A DNA stretch of 64,000 bases from Desulfosoma sp. GTDB lineage: Bacteria; Desulfobacterota; Syntrophobacteria; Syntrophobacterales; DSM-9756. The position numbers were made by a program, and so were the translations under genes. The stretch lies in NCBI GenBank assembly GCA_037481835.1, contig JBBFKW010000012.1, positions 46,695 through 110,694 of the forward strand, given 5' to 3'. Numbering within the stretch: position 1 is the first letter of the stretch; each line of letters starts with the position of its first letter. Below are positions 28,903 through 38,854 of this stretch, one piece after another. Below the pieces are notes generated by a model. That model was given only the letters and a program-made list of their open reading frames with translations, had not been told where the DNA came from and did not search any database.

Positions 28903-29613
28903 ATGAACCGATTTTCGGCCATCGGGACCGAGCGCGGGGTGGATCTTTTCGACAGGGTGCTGGGGCTGCTGGAGGCCTGGGCGCCTGAGCGCCTCGCTTT
29001 GGATGAAAATCCCATCGCCTTCAGTTCGCTGGTGCACATGCGGACGGCTTCGGAACTTTTTTCGGAAGAATTTCTCGTCCACCAGAAACAACAAACCCTC
29101 CTGCGCGGGGGCGACGTGGGGACCATCGCCGCCCTGGTCTATGCTCTCCGGCACGGGTCCGTGCCCGTCCATTTCGCCGACGGCGCTCCCGGAGAGATCC
29201 TTTCCCCGTCGGGAGACCTCATCGGCGCCTACCCTTATGTGGGCGATGCGGCCTTCGCCGTGGAAACCGACATGATGCGGGCGCCCATCGAACTCATCAA
29301 ACAGCGCATCCCGCGCTATCCCGGCCGCGACTTCGACTACGAACTCATCCACGCCTACCAGGTGGAAGCCCCGGAGCCGCTCATGGACCGGGCCCTTCCC
29401 GTGCGCAATCGGTTTACGGCTGAGGTCATCAACGGGATCATGGAAACTTACGACGGAGAGCTCCTCGTCTTCGTCGGGCTGAGAAAGCGCTTCCGAAAGG
29501 AGCTCTTCGCCGCGACCGAGGGCGTCCTCCCCGAGGATGTGGAAAATTTCATCCCCCTGATGGACCTCATCCGATCGGACAACAAAACCTTCGTGGACCT
29601 CATGGAAGGCTGA
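28903..29613 (+). CDS. Hypothetical protein, possibly TraB/ChaN-like fold
   Basis: GAGG RBS, coding-like composition, fills the gap between apbE and amgK. Confidence 0.7.
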   Translation: MNRFSAIGTERGVDLFDRVLGLLEAWAPERLALDENPIAFSSLVHMRTASELFSEEFLVHQKQQTLLRGGDVGTIAALVYALRHGSVPVHFADGAPGEILSPSGDLIGAYPYVGDAAFAVETDMMRAPIELIKQRIPRYPGRDFDYELIHAYQVEAPEPLMDRALPVRNRFTAEVINGIMETYDGELLVFVGLRKRFRKELFAATEGVLPEDVENFIPLMDLIRSDNKTFVDLMEG

Positions 29614-29683
29614 CCCGCTGGAGCTCGAACTTCGCGATGGCGCCTTTTCCCTGGAAGTCCGGACCCGAAGCAGGGACCGTCTT

Positions 29684-30772
29684 TCATGCGGGCCAAGAAT
29701 CCGCACGACGGGGATTGCTGATGCGGGCCGCCGTCTTCCCATCCTCGGCAAGCCGATTCACATACCGGCGAAGATGGGGAAAATCGGACCCGGGAGGTCC
29801 GTTTAGAAGCTCTTGCAAGCGGTTCCATCCCCCGGGGATGTGTTCCAAGAAATCCGGCTTTGCCTTGACGCCTCCGAGGAAGGCGAAGGCCGCGAGGCAT
29901 TGGAAGCACCGGCACAGAGCCGCAGCGCCGAAGCGCTGAGCGAACCGTTCTTCGCCCGCTCCAAGAAAATCGTGCGCCGCATGCCAATACAACTGCCTGA
30001 GATCCTCCCTAAACGATAAAGGAAGCATCGCGTAAGGATCCAAAAGGAGGGCCGCCAGGTCGTATTCCGGCGGCCCGAAACGCATCCCCTGAAAATCGAT
30101 GATCCACAGCGATCCGTCGCAGACCATGAGGTTTCGGCTTTGAAAATCCCGGTGAAACACCAGGGCGCCGCGGTCCTCCCCCGCCTTTTCCGAAAGTCGC
30201 CGGAAGTCACCGTCCACGTCCTCGGGGATGGTCTCGAGACCCAGAAATCCTTGGAGAAAGGCGCGCCGGAAGTACTGCAATTCCCGTTCGTAGACAAAAC
30301 CGGGATCATAACGGCTCCCGTCATGGCACCATTGGGGAAGGAAGCCTTCCCGAGCGCTCCGATGGCACTGGGCTAAAAGCAAGACAGCCTGACGGTACAA
30401 GGCCGCAAGATCGGCGTCCGGCACCTTTTTTCGCACCAAATCGTAGAGGTGGACGGATCCCAGATCCCGGAAAACGAAGACACCCCGGCGAGGATCGCCG
30501 TGAAGGACGGGCGGCACGGGAAGGCCCGCCCGGTGCAGATGTCGGCCGATGTGCCAGACGGCGTCGTTTTCGTCCACCGGGTCCTTCTTTCGAGGGCTCA
30601 CCAGGACCACATACGTCTGGTTTGCATCATGAAAGCGGAAAAAGCGCCGATCCGATCCATCCCCTGCAAGAGGGACCAAGCGTCCCGAAAATGGGCCGTA
30701 CCCCCACTGTCTGAGAAGCTCGGAGACGGCGTCCAAATCCACTGCCTGAAGTGCGGAAACGTTTCCCCCCAC
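29684..30772 (-). CDS. amgK: Aminoglycoside-phosphotransferase-family kinase (AmgK-like anomeric sugar kinase)
   Basis: LAGDGSDRRFFR, HRDFQSRNLM, IDFQG and YDLAALLLDPY motifs; adjacent to a murU-like gene. Confidence 0.75.
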   Translation of the reverse strand: MGGNVSALQAVDLDAVSELLRQWGYGPFSGRLVPLAGDGSDRRFFRFHDANQTYVVLVSPRKKDPVDENDAVWHIGRHLHRAGLPVPPVLHGDPRRGVFVFRDLGSVHLYDLVRKKVPDADLAALYRQAVLLLAQCHRSAREGFLPQWCHDGSRYDPGFVYERELQYFRRAFLQGFLGLETIPEDVDGDFRRLSEKAGEDRGALVFHRDFQSRNLMVCDGSLWIIDFQGMRFGPPEYDLAALLLDPYAMLPLSFREDLRQLYWHAAHDFLGAGEERFAQRFGAAALCRCFQCLAAFAFLGGVKAKPDFLEHIPGGWNRLQELLNGPPGSDFPHLRRYVNRLAEDGKTAARISNPRRADSWPA

Positions 30773-30887
30773 AATCCGCTCCCCGTTTTTTCCTTTCCTT
30801 GAGATGCCGTCCGCGAGCGGTGCACGGAAAAAGCCGGCCTAAGACCGAGCGGCCGACCGATTCCTTAAGGATGCGCCTCGGGATCGA

Positions 30888-31928
30888 TCATCTTTCCGGA
30901 AAAGCCCTTTGTCGTTCCCAATGGAGAGGACGGGTGTCCCCCGAGGGCAGGAAGATCTCCGCCCGATGCCGGCCGGAGACCACGGCTCCGTCTGTTACAA
31001 TGCAGTTTTCTAGATCGCTGCCGGGCTGAAGGGCACAACGATCCCAGACCACCACGTTTCGAAGGACGCATCCTTCACCGACCACGGTGCCTTGGCCGAG
31101 GACGACACAGCCCGAAAGGTCCGCAGAGGGCCCGACCGTCGCCGATGAATGCACTCGAAGCCCCGACGGCGGGATCTCCAAAAAGGCCGTGCCGATTTCA
31201 CCGTGCCGTTCATAGGCCGCATGCAGGTCCCAATAGGTCTCCAGCGAGCCCACATCATGCCATGGCAGTTTTTCACAGCACACGGCCGCGGGCAAGACCC
31301 CTCGAGCGATCCAGTCCCGGTAAAGATCGATGACATGAAAAGGCCGGCCTCGGGGAAGGGATCCCATCCACGATGGGTCGACCACTTGGATGCCCGAAAA
31401 GGTCCAAAGATCCCGGTCCGCCGTGGGGCTTGGTCCGCAAGAAGCCTGTGCCGAGCCCCGGGCCGGCTGGAAAAATCCCGTGATCCTGGTGCGGTCGGCA
31501 GTGACGGCCACCGAATCGAAGCGGCCCGTTCGGCACAGGAGCAGGGTTACGGGAGCTCGCTCGGTTGCGTGTTTTTCCCAGAGACTCCGCAAAGAGACGT
31601 GGGCCGCCACGTCCCCATTGACCACCACGAAGGGATCGTCCCCGAGAAGGTCCAGGGCGTTTCGCACGCCGCCGCCGGTGCCGAGGATCTCCTTTTCCAC
31701 GATCACGTGCACTGGAATCGGCCACGTTCGCCTTTGGACATGTTCCCGGAGCTTGTGCGGCATGTGATGAGCGTTGATGACCACCTTCCGGAAGCCTTCT
31801 CGAACGGCCTGTCGAATCCAGCGATCGAGGAGCGGCTCACCCCACACGGGGCACAGCGGCTTGGGGCGCACGTCGCTTAGCGGGCGAAGGCGCGTTCCGT
31901 AGCCGGCGGCAAGGATCATGAGATGCAC
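30888..31928 (-). CDS. murU: Sugar-phosphate nucleotidyltransferase (MurU-like) with C-terminal beta-helix
   Basis: MILAAGYGTRLRPLSDVRPKPL, EILGTGGG, VVNGD and WHDVGS motifs; AGGAG RBS before GTG 31928. Confidence 0.75.
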   Translation of the reverse strand: MHLMILAAGYGTRLRPLSDVRPKPLCPVWGEPLLDRWIRQAVREGFRKVVINAHHMPHKLREHVQRRTWPIPVHVIVEKEILGTGGGVRNALDLLGDDPFVVVNGDVAAHVSLRSLWEKHATERAPVTLLLCRTGRFDSVAVTADRTRITGFFQPARGSAQASCGPSPTADRDLWTFSGIQVVDPSWMGSLPRGRPFHVIDLYRDWIARGVLPAAVCCEKLPWHDVGSLETYWDLHAAYERHGEIGTAFLEIPPSGLRVHSSATVGPSADLSGCVVLGQGTVVGEGCVLRNVVVWDRCALQPGSDLENCIVTDGAVVSGRHRAEIFLPSGDTRPLHWERQRAFPER

Positions 31929-32077
31929 GAACGGACTCCTCAAAGATCGACAATATCTTGACAGCAGGCCGTTCTTGGTCGAAATTGCGTTCTTGTCGGC
32001 GTGCGAGCACCATTGAGTCCCCAAAGGTCGCCGGCCCTGATGGTAAGGGGACTCGAACAATCCTTCAAACAAAATCC

Positions 32078-33079
32078 ATGACGCTTCCTCACGACCGCGA
32101 CGACACCTCCGGGCACCATCTGTTCCTGGGATTTGAAGGCATCGCGTGGACGGAAACCCTGCGTGCCCGGCTGAGCGCTCTGCGCCCCGGGGGGTTGGTT
32201 CTTTTCCGCCGAAACATTCAGGACGCCGAGCAGTTGAGGGACCTCATCCAGGAAGCGGGGGCGTGGGCCCGCGCCGAACTGGGCCGAGGGCTCCTGTGGG
32301 CCGTGGACGAAGAAGGCGGTACGGTGCAAAGACTTTCCGCCCTTCTCGGGCCGGCCCCGGCGGCCTTAGAGCTTGCCGAAGGAGGTGAGGACGCCCTTGA
32401 GCGCTGCGTGTCGAAAACCGCTGGTGGGCTTTGCGATTTGGGGATCCACATCAATTTTGCGCCTGTTCTCGATGTGGTGGAAGCCCCGCAGAGCCATTTT
32501 CTCGGATCCCGATCTTTGGGCTCCAGCCCGGAAGCTACGGCTCGGCTGGGCGCCCTTTGGATCCGAACCCTGCAGGAAAACGGGGTTGCCGCAACGGCCA
32601 AACATTTCCCGGGACTGGGCGCCGCGCGCCTGGACCCCCATCATCGGCTCCCCATCCTGGACGAAGACTGCGCCGAAAAGGCCCACCGGGATCTTTTGCC
32701 TTTTCGAGAGGCGGTTCGCTGCGGCGTGCGGGCCGTGATGACATCCCATGCCGTGTACCGCTTTTGGGATGCGGACTGGCCCGCCACGCTTTCCGTGAAG
32801 ATCAACAAGGAACTGCTTCGGGACCGTTGGGGCTTCGGTGGGGTGCTTTTTTCCGATGACCTGGACATGAAGGCCGTCGGGGGCCGCTATGATCCCGAAA
32901 CCATCGTGCGCCGAAGCCTTCTGGCCACGGTGGACGGGTTGCTTGTCTGCCAAGATGAAAACAGTGCCGACGCTTTCGCGAGAGCCCTCTTCGACGGGAT
33001 CCGCCGCCATCGGGATCTGGAGGAGGCGCACCGGCGTTCCCTCGACCGCCTTCGCGCCCTGTCGGCATCTTTTTTTTGA
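32078..33079 (+). CDS. nagZ: Beta-N-acetylhexosaminidase (GH3)
   Basis: GLVLFRRN, AVDEEGGTVQR, NFAPVLDV, KHFPGLG..DPH and FSDDLDMKA motifs. Confidence 0.88.
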   Translation: MTLPHDRDDTSGHHLFLGFEGIAWTETLRARLSALRPGGLVLFRRNIQDAEQLRDLIQEAGAWARAELGRGLLWAVDEEGGTVQRLSALLGPAPAALELAEGGEDALERCVSKTAGGLCDLGIHINFAPVLDVVEAPQSHFLGSRSLGSSPEATARLGALWIRTLQENGVAATAKHFPGLGAARLDPHHRLPILDEDCAEKAHRDLLPFREAVRCGVRAVMTSHAVYRFWDADWPATLSVKINKELLRDRWGFGGVLFSDDLDMKAVGGRYDPETIVRRSLLATVDGLLVCQDENSADAFARALFDGIRRHRDLEEAHRRSLDRLRALSASFF

Positions 33080-33104
33080 CAACCGCGCCGGTCTATTCTA
33101 GGTT
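33076..33104 (+). promoter_or_regulatory. Putative sigma70 promoter of the alaC-hom operon
   Basis: TTGACA-17 nt-TAGGTT about 30 nt upstream of ATG 33135. Confidence 0.5.
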
Positions 33105-33134
33105 TCAAGCTTTCACACAACCGAGGAGAGACCT

Positions 33135-34322
33135 ATGAATTTCAACATCGAGCAATTTACCCGCATGCGCCGCCTGCCGCCTTATGTGTTCGCCCAGGTG
33201 AACGCCTTGAAGATGGAGAGGCGACGGGCCGGCGAAGACATTATCGACTTGGGCATGGGCAATCCCGACGTGCCGACGCCCCAACATATCGTGGACAAAC
33301 TGGTGGAGGCGGCGCAAAAACCCCATAACCACCGCTATTCGGCATCCCGGGGGATTACCAAGTTGCGCCACGCCATCGCCGACTGGTACAAGCGCCGATA
33401 CGACGTGGACGTGGATCCCGAGGCGGAAGCCGTCGTCACCATCGGGGCCAAGGAAGGCTTGTCCCACTTGGTGTTGGCCTTGGTAAACCCTGGGGATGTG
33501 GTCTTTTCGCCCAACCCCACCTATCCCATCCACCCCTATTCGGTCATCATCGCCGGGGGCGATCTGCGCTCCATCCCCATCGGGCCGGATCGGGACTTTT
33601 TCGAAGACCTTCAAATCGCGGCCAAACAGACCTGGCCGCGCCCGAAGATGCTCATCATTTCCTTTCCGCACAACCCCACGACGGCCGTGGTGGATCTCGC
33701 CTTTTTCGAAAAGGTGGTCTCCTTCGCCAAGGACCACCACCTCATGGTCATTCACGACCTGGCCTATGCGGATCTCGTCTTCGACGGCTATGAGGCGCCG
33801 AGCATTTTGCAGGTCCCGGGGGCCAAAGAGGTGGCCGTGGAATTCTTTTCCATGTCCAAGAGCTACAGCATGGCCGGGTGGCGCGTGGGCTTTTGCGTCG
33901 GCAACCGCGAAATGGTGGGCGCCTTGACGCGCCTTAAGAGTTACCTGGATTACGGCATCTTTCAGCCCATCCAGATCGCGGCCATCATCGCCCTAAACGG
34001 CGATCAGTCCTGCGTCAAAGAAATTGTGGACATCTACCGATCCCGGCGGGACGTTTTGGTGGATGGCCTCCAGCGCATCGGCTGGGCCATGGAAAAACCC
34101 AAGGGGACCATGTTCGTGTGGGCGCCCATACCCGAGCGGTTTCGGTCCATGGGGTCCGTGGAATTTTCCAAGTTTCTCATCGAAAAGGCCAAGGTGGCCG
34201 TCTCGCCCGGCTTGGGCTTCGGCGAATACGGCGACGACCATGTCCGCTTCGCTTTGGTGGAAAACGAAATGCGCATTAAACAAGCCATCCGCGGCATCCG
34301 CAAGGCCCTGCAGGACGCCTGA
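33135..34322 (+). CDS. alaC: Class I PLP aminotransferase (AlaC-like)
   Basis: [44 protein letters not shown] and LKSYLDYG motifs. Confidence 0.82.
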   Translation: MNFNIEQFTRMRRLPPYVFAQVNALKMERRRAGEDIIDLGMGNPDVPTPQHIVDKLVEAAQKPHNHRYSASRGITKLRHAIADWYKRRYDVDVDPEAEAVVTIGAKEGLSHLVLALVNPGDVVFSPNPTYPIHPYSVIIAGGDLRSIPIGPDRDFFEDLQIAAKQTWPRPKMLIISFPHNPTTAVVDLAFFEKVVSFAKDHHLMVIHDLAYADLVFDGYEAPSILQVPGAKEVAVEFFSMSKSYSMAGWRVGFCVGNREMVGALTRLKSYLDYGIFQPIQIAAIIALNGDQSCVKEIVDIYRSRRDVLVDGLQRIGWAMEKPKGTMFVWAPIPERFRSMGSVEFSKFLIEKAKVAVSPGLGFGEYGDDHVRFALVENEMRIKQAIRGIRKALQDA

Positions 34323-34334
34323 TCCGGTGCGGCG

Positions 34335-35684
34335 ATGGAGGAGCACTCGACGGCCATGGAATCCATACGCATCGGTTTGATCGGCTGGGGCACCGTGGGA
34401 TGCGGAATGCTCCGCACCCTGCAAGAAAACGCCCGGGAAATCCATGCGCGCTTGGGCGTTCGGTTGGACGTGGCCCGTGTGGCCGACCTGGATCTGGAAA
34501 CCCCTCGACCCGTCAGCGTCGAGCCTCACATCCTGACCCGCTCGGCTCAAGACATTTTGGATGATCCATCCATCCACATCGTGGTGGAACTCATCGGCGG
34601 CATAGAACCCGCGAGAAGTTTCCTGATGAAAGCCCTGGAGCGGGGCAAGCACGTGGTCACGGCCAACAAGGCCTTGCTGGCCCATCATGGAAACGAAATT
34701 TTTGACTTTGCAGCGCGGTGCGGCCGCTCCGTGGGTTTTGAAGCGTCCGTGGCGGGAGGGATCCCGCTCCTCAAGGCCATCCGGGAAGGGCTTGCCGCCA
34801 ATCGGCTGGACACCCTGTTCGGCATCCTGAACGGTACGGCCAACTATATCCTGACCCGCATGACGGAAAACGGCCTGCCTTTTTCCGAGGCCCTCGCCGA
34901 AGCCCAACGGAAGGGCTACGCGGAAGCGGACCCCACCCTGGATGTGGACGGGATTGATACGGCCCATAAACTGGCCATCGCCGGAGCCATGGGGTTCGGG
35001 ACGCCCATTCGCTTCGACCGCGTCTATGTGGAAGGGATTCGGGACATCGACCCCCTGGACGTGCAGTTTGCCTCAGAATTCGGCTACCGCCTCAAACTGC
35101 TTGCCATCGCCCGCAGTGCCGACGGCCAGCTGGAACTCCGCGTCCATCCGACCCTCATTCCCGAACAGCATGTCCTGGCCAGTGTTCGAGGCGCCTACAA
35201 CGCCGTGCACATCCACGGAAACGCCGTCGGAAGCATCATGCTCTACGGCCTGGGAGCCGGCATGATGCCCACGGGAAGCGCCGTCGTTGCCGACATCGTG
35301 GATCTGGCTCGGGACATCACCCTGGGAATTGCCAACCGCGTTCCTCCACTGGGTTTCCTGCCGACTCAGACGACCGACATGCCGGTAAAATCCATGGACG
35401 ACGTGGTGACGCGGTACTATTTCCGCTTTTCGGCGGTGGACCGCCCGGGAGTGCTTTCCAAGATTTCGGGCATTCTGGGCGCAAACCAGATCAGCATCGC
35501 CGCCGTCATCCAAAAAGGGCGGGAAGTGGAAGGTGCCGTCCCCATCGTCATGCTGACCCATGAGGCGGTTGAAAAGGACGTGCGCCGATCCCTGGAAGCC
35601 ATCGACCGTTTGGACATCGTGCGCGGCACGACGCGGCTCATCCGCATCGAGGACCGGGCCGACAACGCCGCCCCCAGTGCATAA
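34335..35684 (+). CDS. hom: Homoserine dehydrogenase with ACT domain
   Basis: GWGTVG, VVTANKALLA, FEASVAGGIP, GILNGTANYIL and GYAEADPTLDV motifs. Start is 34335 or 34356. Confidence 0.95.
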   Translation: MEEHSTAMESIRIGLIGWGTVGCGMLRTLQENAREIHARLGVRLDVARVADLDLETPRPVSVEPHILTRSAQDILDDPSIHIVVELIGGIEPARSFLMKALERGKHVVTANKALLAHHGNEIFDFAARCGRSVGFEASVAGGIPLLKAIREGLAANRLDTLFGILNGTANYILTRMTENGLPFSEALAEAQRKGYAEADPTLDVDGIDTAHKLAIAGAMGFGTPIRFDRVYVEGIRDIDPLDVQFASEFGYRLKLLAIARSADGQLELRVHPTLIPEQHVLASVRGAYNAVHIHGNAVGSIMLYGLGAGMMPTGSAVVADIVDLARDITLGIANRVPPLGFLPTQTTDMPVKSMDDVVTRYYFRFSAVDRPGVLSKISGILGANQISIAAVIQKGREVEGAVPIVMLTHEAVEKDVRRSLEAIDRLDIVRGTTRLIRIEDRADNAAPSA

Positions 35685-35693
35685 GGCCGCATC

Positions 35694-36926
35694 ATGACGA
35701 AGCCGAAATACGTGATCTTGGTGGGAGACGGCATGGGAGACTACCCGGTGGCGTCCCTGGGAGGGCGCACGCCGCTGGAAGTGGCTCACACCCCGTTCAT
35801 GTCCCGTGTCGCCCGAATGGGCGAAATCGGGACGGTGCAAACCATCCCCTTAGGGATGGAGCCGGGAAGCGATATCGCCAACATGGCCCTGCTAGGCTAC
35901 GACCCGGCCGTCTACCATACGGGCCGGGCGCCCTTGGAAGCGGCAAGCCTCGGCGTCTCCCTCGGCCCGAGCGAAACGGCTTTCCGATGCAACCTTGTGA
36001 ATCTGGAACGGGACCCCGACGGCACGGAGCGCATGGGGGATTATTCCGCCGGCCATATTTCCACGGCTGAAGCCCGTGAACTCATCGGCGCCTTGCAGCC
36101 CGCATGCGAAGGGCTTCCTCTAAAGCTTTACCCCGGGGTGAGCTACCGGCATCTGGTGGTCTGGGAAGGCGGACCAAGGACGCTGGCAACCACGCCGCCC
36201 CACGACATCATCGGGCAGCCGACCGAGAACTACGCCGAAGTTTACGAGAAAACGGACGTTCTCCGAATTTTCATGACCCGGTGCCGGCATATCTTGGCCG
36301 ATCATCCCGTCAATCGCAGAAGGCGGGACACAGGGCTTCGGGACGCCAATGCGGTATGGCTCTGGGGACAAGGGCGCGCTCCGTCCATGCCCACGCTCCA
36401 GGACCTTTTCGGCATCCGCGGCGTTATGATTTCCGCCGTAGACCTTTTGAAGGGACTGGGCATTTACGCCGGATTGACCCCTCTTCATGTTCCAGGCGCA
36501 ACCGGCTACCTGGACACCAACTACGCCGGAAAGGTGAGCGCCGCTCTTGAGGCGTTACAGGAGATGGATTTGGCTTTCGTCCACGTGGAAGCTCCAGACG
36601 AAGCCGGCCACGAAGGAAGTCTGACGAAAAAAGTGCAAGCCATCGAGGACTTCGATAAGAAAATCGTCGGCCCCATCGTGGACGGCCTGGCTCACTACGG
36701 GCGATGCCACGTGCTCATCGCCGCGGATCACCTCACGCCGCTCAGCGTTCGAACCCACGTGGCCGACCCTTCCCTGTTTGCGTTGTTCAAGGGAAACTTG
36801 AAAGCCAACGTCGCGGATGAGCGGAACATGGTGTTTTGCGAAGCGGCCGCTCGGGAATCGGGCTTGCACATGGACAGCGGAACGGCCCTTTTCCGTCGCT
36901 TTTTGGACGGCCCCCCTCACCCCTAG
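35694..36926 (+). CDS. apgM: Cofactor-independent phosphoglycerate mutase family protein (ApgM)
   Basis: GDGMGD, PGSDIAN, YHTGRAPLEAAS, HVEAPDEAGH and ADHLTP motifs. Confidence 0.85.
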   Translation: MTKPKYVILVGDGMGDYPVASLGGRTPLEVAHTPFMSRVARMGEIGTVQTIPLGMEPGSDIANMALLGYDPAVYHTGRAPLEAASLGVSLGPSETAFRCNLVNLERDPDGTERMGDYSAGHISTAEARELIGALQPACEGLPLKLYPGVSYRHLVVWEGGPRTLATTPPHDIIGQPTENYAEVYEKTDVLRIFMTRCRHILADHPVNRRRRDTGLRDANAVWLWGQGRAPSMPTLQDLFGIRGVMISAVDLLKGLGIYAGLTPLHVPGATGYLDTNYAGKVSAALEALQEMDLAFVHVEAPDEAGHEGSLTKKVQAIEDFDKKIVGPIVDGLAHYGRCHVLIAADHLTPLSVRTHVADPSLFALFKGNLKANVADERNMVFCEAAARESGLHMDSGTALFRRFLDGPPHP

Positions 36927-36981
36927 CCGCGGCGGCCCCGATCCTGCGCGATCCGGCTTTTCACGATTTCACGGAATCACG

Positions 36982-37437
36982 ATGAGAGAGCCCCCTTCAC
37001 CAAAGACACGAGCGGTTCTTCGAGTCCTCTACGGCGACACCGACGCCATGGGACAGGCCTACTACGGCCAGTACATGCGCTGGTTCGAGGCGGGGAGAGC
37101 CGAATGGTTTCGGCGGCTGGGGACAAGCTATCGACGCCTGGAAGAACAAGGCATCTTTCTTCCGGTGATCGAGGCCCACTGCCGTTACCTGAAGCCGGCT
37201 TTTTACGACGATGTCTTGGAAATCGAAACGTGTTTCCATTTTCCCGCCCCAGCGCGGCTGCGCTTCGATTACATCGTGCACCGGCAAAATCCGCCGGACC
37301 TGCTGGCTCGGGGATATACGGTCCACGTGTGCGTCAACGAGGAACGAAAGCCTCTAAAACCCCCGATGTGGCTCCGCGACCTCCTCGCCCCCAACGCCGT
37401 TTGGGACCTCGCCGGCCAAGAGGGAGCCCCGTCATGA
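36982..37437 (+). CDS. Acyl-CoA thioesterase (YbgC/FadM family)
   Basis: RVLYGDTDAMGQAYYGQYMRWFEAGR and CRYLKPAFYDD motifs. Confidence 0.88.
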   Translation: MREPPSPKTRAVLRVLYGDTDAMGQAYYGQYMRWFEAGRAEWFRRLGTSYRRLEEQGIFLPVIEAHCRYLKPAFYDDVLEIETCFHFPAPARLRFDYIVHRQNPPDLLARGYTVHVCVNEERKPLKPPMWLRDLLAPNAVWDLAGQEGAPS

Positions 37438-38174
37438 TCATTTATCCCGCCATCGATTTGAAAGACGGCCGATGCGTGCGCCTCATGCAAGGGGATATGG
37501 CTCGAGCCACCGTTTACGGCACGGATCCTGTAGCCGTGGCCCGGCATTGGGTGTCCCAAGGCGCCCAATGGCTCCATGTGGTGGATCTGGACGGCGCCTT
37601 TGCCAAGACGCCCAAGAACCGCGAGGTTATCGCCGCCATCGTCAAGGCGGTTTCGGTCCCCGTCCAACTGGGGGGCGGCATCCGGGCCATGGAAACCGTT
37701 CAAGACTATGTGGACTTGGGAGTGCAGCGGATCGTTTTGGGCACATGGGCGCTTCGGGATCCCAAGGTCGTGGAAGCGGCCTGTGGTCGTTTCCCAGGCC
37801 GAATCGCCTTGGGGATCGACGCCCGCGACGGATTCGTTGCCGTGGAAGGATGGACGGAAACGACCCGGGAAGAAGCCGTGGCCTTCGCCCGCCGATTCGA
37901 CGGATCGGGACTGAGCGCCATCATCTACACGGACATCCAGCGGGACGGGATGCAGTCCGGGGTCAACGTGGAAGCGACGCGGCGGCTGTGCGCCGCCGTG
38001 TCCACACCGGTCATCGCCTCGGGCGGCGTGGCCTCGTGGGACGACATCGAAGCCCTGGTGCCCTTGGTTCCCCTGGGCCTCGACGGCGTGATTACGGGAA
38101 GAGCCCTCTACACCGGCACGCTGAACCTCAAGGAAGCCCTTCGGCGTCTCAGGTCCCTCAAGGCCGATCCCTGA
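37434..38174 (+). CDS. hisA: ProFAR isomerase
   Basis: MIIYPAIDLKDGRCVRL, HVVDLDGA, QLGGGIR, YTDIQRDG and IASGGV motifs. Confidence 0.95.
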   Translation: MIIYPAIDLKDGRCVRLMQGDMARATVYGTDPVAVARHWVSQGAQWLHVVDLDGAFAKTPKNREVIAAIVKAVSVPVQLGGGIRAMETVQDYVDLGVQRIVLGTWALRDPKVVEAACGRFPGRIALGIDARDGFVAVEGWTETTREEAVAFARRFDGSGLSAIIYTDIQRDGMQSGVNVEATRRLCAAVSTPVIASGGVASWDDIEALVPLVPLGLDGVITGRALYTGTLNLKEALRRLRSLKADP

Positions 38175-38261
38175 AAACATCCCGCTCGCCCCGTCTTTTT
38201 GCCTGCGGATGCCCCATCCTGCACAGAACTCAAGGACCCAGAAGATTTAGGAGGTTCACCC

Positions 38262-38711
38262 ATGGAATTGCTCCAACAACTTGAGCACGCCCTGAAAGAG
38301 GCCATCAAGAGCCGGGACGAAGACCGGCGAAACGCCTTGCGCATGGTGCTGACGGCCATCAAGAACAAAGAAAAGGAACTGCGGCGTCAGCCGTCGGAGT
38401 CGGAAATTCATCAACTCATTGCGGGGGCCATCAAACAACGGAAAGATTCCATCGAACAGTTTTTGCGCGGCGGCCGAAAGGATCTGGCGGACAAGGAAAC
38501 CAAGGAGATCGAAGTTCTCCAGTCCTTCCTGCCAACCCCTCTGGACCCGGAGGCTCTCAAGAATCTCATCCGGGAAGTCATCCGCGAAACGGGGGCGACG
38601 TCCCTCAAGGACATGGGCAAGGTCATGAAGGCCCTCATGCCCCGGGTTTCAGGCCGGGCCGACGGCAAAACGGTCAACGACATGGTGAAAGGGGAGCTGG
38701 GCGGGACCTGA
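38262..38711 (+). CDS. yqeY: GatB/YqeY domain protein
   Basis: KQRKDSIEQF..GRKDLADKE, DMGKVM and GRADGK motifs; AGGAGG RBS. Confidence 0.9.
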   Translation: MELLQQLEHALKEAIKSRDEDRRNALRMVLTAIKNKEKELRRQPSESEIHQLIAGAIKQRKDSIEQFLRGGRKDLADKETKEIEVLQSFLPTPLDPEALKNLIREVIRETGATSLKDMGKVMKALMPRVSGRADGKTVNDMVKGELGGT

Positions 38712-38854
38712 AGGCCGGCAGCGGCTTGGGGTCGACGGGGATGAAAAAGTGAGCTTTTCTTCTTGATCGGGAGGCTCTGAGAGGATAAATATATAAAGTT
38801 TTGGGTCGGAAGCCGACCCCGTGGATTGCGACTCTTCCAAAGTGGCGAGGGGCG

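Noticed and set aside
27712..29751. 679-aa ApbE fusion as shown in the ORF track
   Set aside because: The N-terminal extension is antisense to the gene at 28903-29613; the lipoprotein signal places the real start at 28770.
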